64,000 nt of DNA from positions 1-64,000 of the forward strand of contig NIVC01002373.1 in the NCBI GenBank assembly GCA_002269645.1, written 5' to 3'. Made by a program: the position numbers and the translations under genes. The stretch's first letter is position 1, and every line of letters starts with the position of its first letter. Shown here one piece after another: positions 29,513-41,703 of the stretch. This DNA comes from Macrostomum lignano. Lineage: Eukaryota. The notes below the pieces were generated by a model. The model searched no databases and had not been told where the DNA came from. It saw only the letters and a program-made list of their open reading frames with translations.

Positions 29513-29945
29513 TTAGGAATTCCTGCTCTCTAAGAACTGCACCATCTTTTTCAATGGAATTGAATAAAACTCGTCCAAAGAAGAAAATATTTTTCCCATG
29601 AAGCCTAATGTTAATCGCTGCCAGGTTCTCACCGGAACAGAAAATGACTCTTGCGACAAGGCATCCTGGAGCGGAATTTCTTCTGGTAGGGCGTCCAGGA
29701 GACTCCAGGAGCCCGAGTGCAGGTTGACGCGAAAAAGACTGATGGGATTTCGACCATCATGATCCTGACTGCAGTAACGACGCATCAGCTAGGCGTTATC
29801 CTGTCTGCTCGAGTACAGTCGTTAGTGGGTTTCCGTCAGTGTCAAGCCAGGTAACAAACAGAGGTCACGTAGAACTGACCGTTCTCACAGTTTTCCCAGA
29901 GCCCGCTGCACCTGTGTAATGTGCAGCTCGATGAGCTCTGGCTGG
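29513..29945 (-). pseudogene. Possible decayed STAND/NACHT-like P-loop NTPase fragment
   Basis: ELIELHIT(+2 bp)GAAGSGKTV is a Walker A GxxGxGKT after a hydrophobic strand; then LFRVNL and KIFSSLDEF (Walker B-like) across further frameshifts and stops. Confidence 0.35.
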
Positions 29946-31044
29946 GCGGCCCCCTGCCTGTCAGCCTCAGCTGGTGGTTGGTCTTGCTGAGGGTAGCGAA
30001 AAATTATTTTTTGCAGAAGCTATTTCCTGCATAAAAGATGAAAGCTGTGCATCGCCAAATTTACTCAAACTTGAGCTACTTAAAACTTGAAGCTACATGT
30101 ACTTCTTCGTAACCAATGAACTGATAGAATATTGCTAGATATGCAAATACAACAGAAGACTGTAGAGGCTTACCTTTATCGCAAGTTTTCCAGAAAGTTT
30201 TGTCAGGCAGTGGAAAGGCTTCGGCTTTCCAGCCCAAGCCCGCCATTCTGGAGTGAGTCTCCTTCCTATGCTCTGATGTCAAGGCACTGGCTGGAAATGG
30301 CTTTTGGCCACTCCCTGAACTGTCGGTGGTACAAAGCGAGAACCCGAACTCCGTCGATCTGCCTATCGACCAGGTGGTCTGCGGTCTTTTCCGGCTATTC
30401 CACGCGCTTATTTTGTTAAATATGATCTATCCCATCCTTCATACTTTGCAGTATTGCAATGGAACGTGTGCAAATGCTGAATGCACACAATATTTCTAGC
30501 AATAATTTGTTCTAACAAAGTGAGTATGTACATGTTCCGCGTACTCTACCTGTGTGTGCATACATGCATGTGTAGGTAAATGAAATGTACAAAAATACAG
30601 CACCTGATTGAACATCCCTCTGCACATTACATGTCATTTTTCATACCGCTGCAATTTTGGTGGGAATAGAAAAACATACTCACATGCTTGAGCAAACGGT
30701 CGATCCAGTTCAGTTGAATCATCAGATTTCTGTGACGATGCAGCTGATATACAGACTCGCACACACTTTACCGCAGGGCTCCCCTGATTATTGCAGGCAC
30801 ATGCAGTTCTCACGGATACTAAAAATGCTTTTTTTCAATTTCTTCACCCCATTTTAACATTCAAGTTTTTATTAAAAATTCACCAGAAGCTGACCGATTT
30901 AGGTGATTAATACAGTCCAAAATCCTCCCATAAGATAAAGGACAATGGGAGAATCAGGTGAGTTGCATGTAGCAGAAGGAAATGTATTTGACAGGGGCTA
31001 CTGCGCATTGAGAAGAGGGAAAAATGATAATGTTATTGCAAGGC

Positions 31045-31778
31045 AATAATGTACATGTAGAACATGTTACATCAATCCAACACAGTACTAGTGTACATGT
31101 ACAACATGTTACATCAATCCAACACAGTACTAGTGTACATGTACAACATGTTACATCAATCCAACACAGTACTAGTGTACATGTACAACATGTTACATCA
31201 ATCCAACACAGTACTAGTGTACATGTACAACGTGTTACATCAAGCCAAGTACACTGCAATAATGTACATGTACAACATGTTACATCAATCCAAGTACACT
31301 GCAATAATGTACATGTACAACATGTTACATCAATCCAACACAGTACTAGTGTACATGTACAACATGTTACATCAATCCAACACAGTACTAGTGTACATGT
31401 ACAACATGTTACATCAATCCAACACAGTACTAGTGTACATGTACAACATGTTACATCAATCCAACACAGTACTAGTGTACATGTACAACATGTTACATCA
31501 ATCCAACACAGTACTAGTGTACATGTACAACATGTTACATCAATCCAACACAGTACTAGTGTACATGTACAACGTGTTACATCAAGCCAAGTACACTGCA
31601 ATAATGTACATGTACAACATGTTACATCAATCCAAGTACACTGCAATAATGTACATGTACAACATGTTACATCAAGCCAAGTACACTGCAATAATGTACA
31701 TGTACAACATGTTACATCAATCCAAGTACACTGCAATAATGTACATGTAAAACATGTTACATCAATCCAAGTACACTG
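31045..31778. repeat. Composite 42/45 bp minisatellite rich in short palindromes
   Basis: Units gtacatgtacaacatgttacatcaatccaacacagtactagt (42 bp) and a caagtacactgcaataat variant (45 bp) are interleaved. Confidence 0.95.
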
Positions 31779-32261
31779 TAAGACACTTCATATAAAGCAG
31801 ACGTAAAAAAATTGGCAAAGGATAAATAAAAGCCAGGGATAAAAAAGTGCGATGCGAGCACCTACTATTAAGAAATGATTGGACTAGGACTGTCAGTTCT
31901 GATGATGGCAAACTATGGCAGGTCAGGCTCGCATAAAATTTCAATTAAAACGAAGAGGCAAAAATGCGACTCTGTGGAAGCTGAGACTCAGCTTTAGCGG
32001 ACTAATATAAAACAGATGAGTAATAAAACCGGAACAGGTGATTTACAGGTAAATTAGCACGGAATGCATTGGCCTAAGAGACGGAAAAGACTTGTCAGTT
32101 CGAGAAGTTCGAGGGCACTCGAACCATTATAACAAATCGGCGAGACTGCCTCAGAGCCGCCAGGCAATCAGGAAATAAAATTGATGGCAAACGGAAAAAC
32201 TGCGAATGAGTGCTGAATTCAAAACACTACTTTGTACATTTGTCTCAACGAAACAAGCACC

Positions 32262-33592
32262 CGCATCGGTCAGTGAGTCACACAAGAACCCGCATCGGTC
32301 AGTGAGTCACACAAGAACCCGCATCGGTCAGTGAGTCACACAATCACCCGCATCGGTCAGTGAGTCACACAATCACCCACATCGGTCAGTGAGTCACACA
32401 ATCACCCACATCGGCCAGTGAGTCACAAAATCACCCACATCGGCCAGTGAGTCACAAAATCACCCACATCGGTCAGTGAGTCACACAAGAACCCGCATCG
32501 GCCAGTGAGTCACAAAATCACCCACATCGGCCAGTGAGTCACACAATCACACACATCGGCCAGTTGAGTCACACAATCACCCACATCGGCCAGTGAGTCA
32601 CAAAATCACCCACATCGGCCAGTGAGTCACACAATCACACACATCGGCCAGTGAGTCACACAATCACCCACATCGGCCAGTGAGTCACAAAATCACCCAC
32701 ATCGGCCAGTGAGTCACACAATCACACACATCGGCCAGTGAGTCACACAATCACACACATCGGCCAGTGAGTCACACAATCACACACATCGGTCAGTGAG
32801 TCACACAATCACACACATCGGTCAGTGAGTCACACAATCACACATATCGGCCAGTGAGTCACAAAATTACCCACATCGGCCAGTGAGTCACACAATCACA
32901 CACATCGGTCAGTGAGTCACACAATCACACACATCGGTCAGTGAGTCACACAATCACACATATCGGCCAGTGAGTCACAAAATTACCCACATCGGCCAGT
33001 GAGTCACACAATCACACACATCGGTCAGTGAGTCACACAATCACACATATCGGCCAGTGAGTCACAAAATTACCCACATCGGCCAGTGAGTCACACAATC
33101 ACACACATCGGTCAGTGAGTCACACAATCACACACATCGGTCAGTGAGTCACACAATCACACATATCGGCCAGTGAGTCACAAAATTACCCACATCGGCC
33201 AGTGAGTCACACAATCACACACATCGGTCAGTGAGTCACACAATCACACATATCGGCCAGTGAGTCACAAAATTACCCACATCGGCCAGTGAGTCACACA
33301 ATCACCCACATCGGCCAGTGAGTCACACAATCACACACATCGGTCAGTGAGTCACACAATCACACACATCGGCCAGTGAGTCACACAATCACACACATCG
33401 GCCAGTGAGTCACACAATCACACACATCGGTCAGTGAGTCACACAATCACACACATCGGTCAGTGAGTCACACAATCACACACATCGGCCAGTGAGTCAC
33501 ACAATCACACACATCGGCCAGTGAGTCACACAGTCACACACATCGGTCAGTGAGTCACACAATCACCCACATCGGCCAGTGAGTCACACAGT
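32262..33592. repeat. 29 bp minisatellite (acatcggccagtgagtcacacaatcacac), ~45 copies
   Basis: Seen directly; each unit contains TGAGTCA. Confidence 0.97.
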
Positions 33593-33655
33593 CACGGAGA
33601 GCTTGTCAGCAGGTGAGGCTCACAATGGCTGCCGAGGAGCGCCAGTCTAGCGGAC

Positions 33656-35240
33656 TCAAACCTGCACAGGCAGAGTTCGCGCCCTCGGTGTGAGCCGGTT
33701 GTCATCGGCTTCGTCCATGTCATCGCCGTCCAGCTGCGCGGGCGAGTCCGTGCAGAAAATCGCGAAGCCGAGGCCGGCGAGCAGCAGCGCGAGAACGGAG
33801 GCGGCTGAGGCGGCGGCCACCTCGCCCGGAGTGAGCAGATTTTGGAAGGCCGATGCTGTGGTAAAATAGTTGAGCAGATGATCCAAATTGAGTAATAATA
33901 CTGGTTAAATGCACTGAAGAGCAGGGTTGTACTGGTATGCACCTGAGACTTGGGGAGGAAATTATATACGACGTCAAGGGTTCGGCCAAGGTGCACTAAC
34001 TCATCGGGTTCGGCCAAGGTGTACTAACTCATCGGGTTCGGCCAAGGTGCACTAACTCATCGGGTTTGGCCAAGGTGCACTAACTCATCGGGTTTGGCCA
34101 AGGTGCACTAACTCATCGGGTTCGGCCAAGGTGCACTAACTCATCGGGTTCGGCCAAGGTGCACTAACTCATCGGGTTCGGCCAAGGTGCACTAACTCAT
34201 CGGGTTTGGCCAAGGTGCACTAAGTCATCGGGTTTGGCCAAGGTGCACTAAGTCATCGGGTTCGGCCAAGGTGCACTAACTCAGCCGGGTTCTGCCAAGG
34301 TGCACTAACTCAGCCGGGTTCGGCCAAGGTGCACTAACTCAGCCGAAGGTTGGACTAAGCAAGCCAGAGCTCTCACCAGAACACAGCGCATGCAGATCGG
34401 CCGTTGTGTTGCCAACCGTGCAGCGAAACCGGACTCGGCCGCGGATGCCAGCAGCGGAGCAGCTGACCAACTCGGACTCCACTGCCAGCGCCCGCTGCCC
34501 CAGCCTGCAGCCGCCGCCGCTGCTGCTGTTGCTGGCCACAGCGGCCCGCCAGCCTCTGGGCGCCAGCCGGACGCCAGCAAGTGCGCGGATTCGGGGCCGG
34601 CTGGCAGGAAAGCTGCAGCTGGAGCGGCACGAGAGCCGCAGACCCTGGCCGCTGCCGCTGCTGGTGGTGAGATCGAAGGGCGCCAATAAGCTGCCGTTCC
34701 CGCGAAGCCGCTTGGCGGGGGAAACAGGGCCACCGGTGAACCGCTCCATTTGAGCAGGAACTGGAGGGTGAATGTGAAGGGGTGGAATTCACATCAAGCT
34801 GCACAAACAAAACTTGAGAAGAACAAAGCAAAACTAAAGCAGCAGTTATAGAACTCACTAGTCACATTGAGAAACACATTGCTGCTGTTACTGGCGTACT
34901 TGCAGTACCAGTAGCCGCGCTGGCTCCATTGCACCTGTTTGATGGTGAGCACATGCTGAGTAGCTATGAAACAGTTGGCATGGTTCTGCCAGACTGAGTA
35001 CTGGCGATCATTGTAAGGTTTACAGTTCTCTGACACATCGTTGTTCTCATTTTTAAAGCTCCAAAAGATAGATTGATCCCTTGATTGTCCATTCCAGCCC
35101 ATGTCAATGTTGCAAGTAAGGTTTGCAGGGCTGCCTACAGTCACTACTGCAGGTGACACAGAGACGCTGATGCTAAAGCTGCTGAATCCTGGTGCCAGAG
35201 CTGTTAAGAGCAACAGTACGAGTATAAATGTCCTGCTCAT
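33656..35240 (-). CDS. Type I membrane immunoglobulin-superfamily protein (signal, V-type Ig, C2-like Ig, TM, short acidic tail), 3 exons
   Basis: Exons 35240-34859, 34760-34377, 33855-33656, both introns phase 1 GT-AG. Signal MSRTFILVLLLLTALAPG; Ig1 ANLTCN...IFWSF...LTIKQVQWSQRGYWYC; Ig2 LRLSCRSSCSFPASRP...FRCTV; TM VAAASAASVLALLLAGLGFAIF; tail DSPAQLDGDDMDEADDNRL. Confidence 0.82.
33977..34345. repeat. 28 bp tandem repeat (gggttcggccaaggtgcactaactcatc), ~13 copies, intron 2 of the Ig gene
   Basis: Seen directly. Confidence 0.95.
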
Positions 35241-36887
35241 TATTGAAGACTGACTGAAACAGTTCAATAGTGAATCAGATTAGAATTTAATATTTTTTAG
35301 ATTAGATGTCAAAATGATCCTAGACTTGCAATATAATTGATAGATAATCCCGAGTTCCATTTTTTACTTTCTAGTCATCCATTTATATAAATAAAACAAT
35401 ACATGTATAGATTCTTGAAAATCTTTTCTATTGGGTGCTTATCTAGGCTGGGCTTAGGGAAATTAAAGCAACAAAAATATGGCTTCGTTCCACCCAACTA
35501 GACTTACTGGAGAGGAACTGAAAAAATATATTGATGTAGTATAAAAAAGTAATTAAAAAAATAAAAAAGTAAAAGACAAAAAATGAATTGCAATTATATT
35601 CACAAGAAACAAAAATAATTTATTATAAAGGGCAAGTTATTCGGCAAGGGAGATTGAAACAAAAGCAAATTGTTGATTGTAGAAAATCACTTGAATTCGA
35701 ATATTATGATGTCTTGTTAGCTAAGGAACGAAATAGTGACGTGATATCCAGTGGTATCGAATAGCCTGATAGCCATACAATAAAATCCTGCTGCTTCTTT
35801 GTCTTCGTCTTTGTGCATGAGTAACTAAAGGCATCAAGCTTACATTATAGAAGACGATAAAGGGTAAGAGCTGAAGTAAAATCTAAAGAAGAAGTGTGTT
35901 TTTTGAATACTTATTATTATAAAAAAGGGTCTGAGTGTTTTTAAAATAAACATTTTGTTTATATCATTAGCTTCTTAGAAAGCATTTTCAAAACAACTGT
36001 CAGCTGATCAAGGGGCTCACTTATGCATAAGGTTAAGGGGGGTACTTATGCATAAATATATTCTTCTACTCTTGAATTACTATTGAAATATATTGGCCAA
36101 ACAGACTTCTTGCCTGAGCCAAACTTACTACTACTAAAAAGGGGGCCGGCCGATTGCATACGCGGTCCACTGTGGGCCACAACACTACGGCTAGTAATAG
36201 GTTAAGAATAAAGGATTAAGTGTGTAGGCCTCAATTTCGTTTGTATTTTTATGTAATTAACCGCTTATACCTTGATTTACACATTTCACGAAAATTAATA
36301 TCTTTAAACATTGCAATGTAACAGAACTTCGAATAATTTAATCAAGAAAACAAAAAAATTAGTTTAGGCCTGACTTTTGCTGCGGTTATATTTGTCAACT
36401 AATTTTACTAGTGAAACAAATTAAAATGACAGAGAGGCATCTATCTTAATGTGATGTACTAACTTATCTATATCTTATCTTATCTTATCTTATCTATTAT
36501 CTATAATGTGATATTGCAACTTAGTACATCACACTTATTTTAAATACTAAATAGTTATTGCTTTTTATAATTTAATAAGTTACAACTTACGAGGACAATT
36601 TATTATTGACAACTTGTCCTTGTCATTGACAACCTTAATGTTTAATGTGTATAACTATATAATCTATTGTGATTTTATAATTTCATGATGCAATATTAAT
36701 AGCTAGGCACCTATTAATTATTTTTTGTTTCATTTATACTAGCAAATATTGCATATATGCAAATGTAATTAGTGTTTCTATATTATTATTTAGTTAGATT
36801 GTCTCATTTGTCATATGCCTACTCATAATACAGTCAGTCAAATTTGTCTAAATTATCTCAATGATTTATACTACAAGGATATCCCAA

Positions 36888-37787
36888 AAGTTTCCAGAAT
36901 TTTATCAAAGCTTTGCAATACCTTGCTCAGTTTTTACAATTTTAAATGCAAATTAAAGTAGCAAATAAGTCATACACTTGAATTAATTTTCTATCTCCAA
37001 CCATTTGTAAGCTGCATCAAAAAGTATGTGTATAGGTGAGTACTAATGACAATGTTACAAACTGCGAACTTTATTTTTATATGTGTGATGGATAAAAACC
37101 TATGATAGCTCCAATGATAGCAGTTAAATAAAACTTTCTCATGAGGCTTCTCTATTTGGTCACCAAATACTTGCATGCATTTTTGCTACTGAGAATGCAT
37201 ATAAGTATTAGCAAAGTTATGCAGCCAGGTAAAGCAATTAAAGAGTGCATACACAAATTTGCATCTCCATACCTCAGAACATAATCAATTGTTGGCTTGT
37301 ACAGTTCTCTGCTAATTAGTATTTAAGTGTGGTTTTAACTTTCTATCTTATGCTAAAATGCCCTTCAACTGTCTTCTATCTATTGGACTATATATACATA
37401 CCTAGCCCAAGTAAGGCATGGCAAACACTTATGTGGGATAACCTATGCTGGTAGCAGAATTCTCATTAGCAATTTGGGCACCAAGGTTTGACCATAGACA
37501 TTGACATGTCTATTACAAGTAACACATTAGCAATCACAAGTTCAAAATGAAAACTTCCAATGAATAGAGCTCTTGGGTGATTTTTTAAAAGACAAATTGG
37601 CAATTTAAAACAATAGTACTCACTTAATATGAGCTAGATACACATATTGATGCATCTTGTGAATGGTTAAAGATAAAAAATAACTTAATTGTATGACTTA
37701 TTTGTTATTATTTTATTTTAATTTACATTTACAAGCATGGAATCTGAGCAAGGTATTGCAAAGCAATGATAAAAAATCTAGGAACTT
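36888..37787. mobile_element. Possible old AT-rich TIR element (~900 bp)
   Basis: aagtttccagaattttatcaaagctttgcaataccttgctcag (36888-36930) pairs imperfectly with ctgagcaaggtattgcaaagcaatgataaaaaatctaggaactt (37744-37787); the inner 21 bp are perfect. No clear TSD. Confidence 0.45.
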
Positions 37788-37877
37788 ATAAGACACTCAT
37801 ATATTGAAATGCTATTTCTCCTGATCATAGTATCATAATAAAAAATTATAGGCCTATTAAGTGCTAATAATAGTATA

Positions 37878-39776
37878 TCTCTACCTATAAAAATCAAAAC
37901 TCTGTCTGTCTGTGTGTGGACATTTTTGATCGCTATGGACTCCCAAACCGCTCAACCAAATTACACCAAACTTTACACCCACCCTAAACTTACTACGGAG
38001 AATGTCTTAGGCTACCTTTTAATTTCCTAAATTTGATTCTTCCTACCTAAAAGTGCAAAAAACTGCTCAAAATGCGCAATTTTTTCACTAAATCCTCCAT
38101 AGCGCCGCTCCACTTCTACCGATTCTCTTTAAATTTGACACAGGCAATTTTCAACTATTTTGACACAATCGTGTAAAATTTCAAATCTCAAACTTAATCC
38201 TGAGCGGTGCTGTGCACTTTTAAAGTTAGGCTGTTTTTTTCAGCGTAGCAACCACCCCAACCTCCGCCCGCCTGCCTCTCTTTCCCGATCTGGGCCCAGA
38301 TGTGTAAAAGGGTTTCAAAATTGACTAACTTTCAGCTGCCATAAGTTTGCTCCACGTAAAGCGATTGACTTCAAACTTGACACAGTTCTTCATTGACTCA
38401 TTCTCTATCTAAATGTAAAGTTTCAACTCTGTAACTCAACCGAAAAAGAAACTGTAAGCATGTGAAGTTTGTCTGCTTTTTCTGTTGTTTGTGTCACTCA
38501 CTCATTCCCCCAGAGCCAGACGAAGAGTCAGGCGATAGGACTGAATGTACATAGCAAATGTACAGTGTTTTGGAATAACTTTATTTATAGCCTTCTCTGC
38601 ACCCCGCGAGTGGAGAGGCGTAGAGAGGAGAGACAGTTTAGCGAGAGATTCAAACCACTGTCCTCTGTATAGACACAAGTCTGCAGCAGTTTAACAGTGG
38701 ATGGCAATTGGCAATTGGCAAATCGAGGGAATCCACTATCCAGCATGGTTTGTAAAAGCGAAAGATTTATGAAAAGGCGATGCGATGCAATGCAATACAA
38801 CCCTACTAAATTGGGCACACCATGGAAATTTTAGGTTTCTTTTAAAGGTACTGTGTAAATATTAAATGGCCTCCTAAGAAATGCGTATTTCCTTGGTTGT
38901 TAGACTGATGCAGACTGCAGTGGAGCTGAAGATACAAAAATTCCTTTCAGGGCTGCAAATTAGCAAGAAAGATGACGTGATCAAAGCATGAGAACAACCA
39001 TGAGAGTACTACGTCCCACAAACTGGCTTTCCAAGCAGGGATGGGCAGACTTTTACCTCAAAGGCCAGATAAAGAATCCAGCTCATAGCTGAGGGGCAGA
39101 TGAAAGTGGAAAGAAGAAGGAATAGACGATTCGAAGAGAGGAGAGGCGACAGAGGGGATAAAAGAAAAGATAAAAGATAATAGGAGAGATGAGGGGGTGA
39201 GGACGATGAGAGAGAGGGGGAGAAGAGGGGAGAGAGGAAAAGCGAGAGGAGAGAGTAGAGATGAGAGAGCAGAGAGCTGCAGATGAGAGGAGAGAGCAGA
39301 GAGCAGAGAGGAGAGCAGAGAGGAAACAGGTGAAAGAAGAGATGAGAGAGTAAAGGGAAGAGAGAAGAGATAAAGATACATCTCTACATCTCTAAGGTTG
39401 TAGAGATGAGAGAGGTTGAAGGAGAGATAAGAAATGAGAGATGAGAGATAACGGAGAGAGGAGAGTGGAGTGAGAGAAGAGAGGGAGACAGAGTATAGAA
39501 AAGGGAAGAGAAGAGAAAAGAAGAAAGGAGAAAGGAAAGTAAGGAGTCAAAAGAGGGGAAAGAAAAGAGTACAGAGGAGAGAGGTGAGAGAACATATAAG
39601 ACAGAATAAGACAGAGATGCCAGATTAAAGAGGGGGATGAGAGAGCAGAGACGAGAGTGAACAGATAAAAGATGGGAGAGTAGAGAGAACAGAGGAGAGG
39701 AAAGAGGAGAATGGAGAGGGGAGAGAGTAGAGAGAGGAGGAGAGATAAGAGAGAGAGAGAGATAAGAGAGAAAGAC

Positions 39777-39849
<73 letters not shown>

Positions 39850-40510
39850 GAGAAGAGATAAGAGAGAAAAGATAAAAAGAAGAGAAAGGAAAGATGAGAG
39901 AGCAAAGACGAGAGAGAAAAGAGGTGCGGGAAGAGACGAGAGAAGAGGGGAGAGATGAGAGAGTTAAGAGAAGAGAGAAAAGAAATAGAAAGGAGAAGGA
40001 AGATAAGAGAGAAGAGGGGGTGAGAGGAGAGAGGAGAGGGGGAGAGAGAAGAGAGAAAACGAAAAAGTAGAGAGGAGAGAGAAAAGAAGAGACAAGAGAT
40101 GAGATAAGAGAAATGAAAGAGAAGAGAGATGAGGGAAGATACGAAAGAAGAGGGGAGAGAGGAGAGACGAGAGAGGAGAGACGAGGGACGAGAGAGATGA
40201 GAGGAAACAAAGAGACGATAGAAATTTTAAAGGATCCAAGGGACGTAGGGAGAGACAGGGAGAGACCAGAGTTTAGCAATATATGTTTTAGAGTCAGACA
40301 GACATTGCCTGACATTCTGCGCAGTACCCCAGCCAACAATGTCTCAAACCCTAATTTTAAACGAATGTGCTCCATTTTATGTCTACCTCTATCCTACTAA
40401 CTATTAACAAGTTTTTGTTTGTGTATGGCCTTAGATTTCAGAATACATGCAAAAGTAGTTCCGGGTATTAGAATTCCCCGGGTTCAAAATCCGCGGGTTT
40501 CAACAGCTTG
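37878..40510 (+). mobile_element. Probable non-autonomous Helitron carrying an internal AG-rich expansion
   Basis: 5' A|TCtctacctataaaa...ctgtctgtctgtgtgt...aaaccgctcaacc resembles animal non-autonomous Helitron starts. 3' GC-rich stem (ccccgggttcaaaatccgcggg) followed by CTTG|T (degenerate CTAG). A second diverged copy lies at 26513-28146. Confidence 0.55.
39070..40270. repeat. 1.2 kb polypurine (AG-rich) low-complexity tract with pure (AG)n at ~39781-39846
   Basis: Seen directly; explains the L/S-rich ORFs on the minus strand. Confidence 0.95.
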
Positions 40511-41371
40511 TTTAAATATATTATTGACTTGATACTATGTTTTAGATTATTACCTTAGGTATTTATATAATAAGTTTACTTAAAACTTGGTTTTAATTTC
40601 TAATTCTTTTTTATTGCTTTTGACATTGTTTTAGCTAAATAAAAGAATTTATTAATTTAAATGTACATATTTTTAATATAAAAATAATTATATCTTGCAT
40701 TTGTCTTGTAGATTATATCATTAGGATTCTTATATCTTGGCTATATATAGGCCTATTCAATTTTTATTGAAGGCAGTGTGGTTGCTATGGCATAATATGA
40801 AAAAATCAATATCAGCATCAATAAATTTTAAAATCTATTTTATTTTCGATATAATATATTTAATTTATATTTGTAATTAAGGAACCCTTTTTATGAAACA
40901 ATCATTTTTATGTCATAATATAATAAGTTCAGGATTTTTAATTCATATTATCATAACCTAAGAGATGCAATAGATTCATTAGCAATGAGCAAAAGAGCTA
41001 ATAATTATCTAATTTTTATAGCCAAATATTGTACAATTGTACAAGAATGCTTCAAAAAGTAGTGGGTCAGCAGGTTTGGCAAAATAAGGCAAACATTGAA
41101 ATGTCCCATCTGCATTATAAAATAAAAATACTAGATTTCCTTAAAAATTGACATCTACTACCAAAAATATTGGGAGAGGCATGACCCCACAGGCCTCCTC
41201 TCATTAATTACAAGTGTGTATTATATGCTTGTATAACTAGTCACAGTTTTTTTTAGTTGATAATGTTTTAATTCTTCTCTCAATTTCTTTGAGCCATAAT
41301 TAGCACACAATCCAGGCAAACTAAAAGCAATAGGCCTATCCTAGACCAGGAAGTCCAAATAGTTTCTTAAA

Positions 41372-41482
41372 GGCTCGTTCACACTGCCATCAAATGAAGC
41401 CCATTTTGATCAGTTGTGGATTTCATCGTATTGTACACCAGTTGCATTTTATGGCTCGTTTGCTGGCAGTGTGAATTTGAGT
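41372..41482. mobile_element. Small degenerate Harbinger-like MITE
   Basis: ggctcgttcacactgcca ... tggcagtgtgaa inverted ends; the outer part of the right TIR is degenerate. Confidence 0.4.
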
Positions 41483-41703
41483 CTGGATTCGATATCTAAG
41501 CTATAAAGTTGCTGGATAGTTGTACTACCTACTTAGTGTTCCTCTGAGTCCAGAGTTGCTGTGGCAAAGTCTTGGAGGCAACATCCATACCCCGATCGCA
41601 TTCTCACCTGCAGCGAATTCGCCTGGGCATTCGACACTTGGCTCCGGCCGAGTCAACAGCTCCGTCATCGGCCGCAACTCCTCTGGCCCCTGCGGCCTCC
41701 TCC

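Noticed and set aside
31045-31778. Tandem p53 response elements (CATG cores)
   Set aside because: Cores are 5 nt apart rather than 6 and each half-site has two mismatches to RRRCWWGYYY.
32262-33592. CRISPR-like regular repeats of 28-34 bp (also 33977, 44429, 48105, 61283)
   Set aside because: Units are head-to-tail with no unique spacers, there are no cas genes, and the context is spliceosomal-intron eukaryotic DNA.
36140-36195. Possible Helitron 3' end (GC stem then CTAG|T)
   Set aside because: No matching 5' end or second copy was found, so evidence is insufficient to call it.
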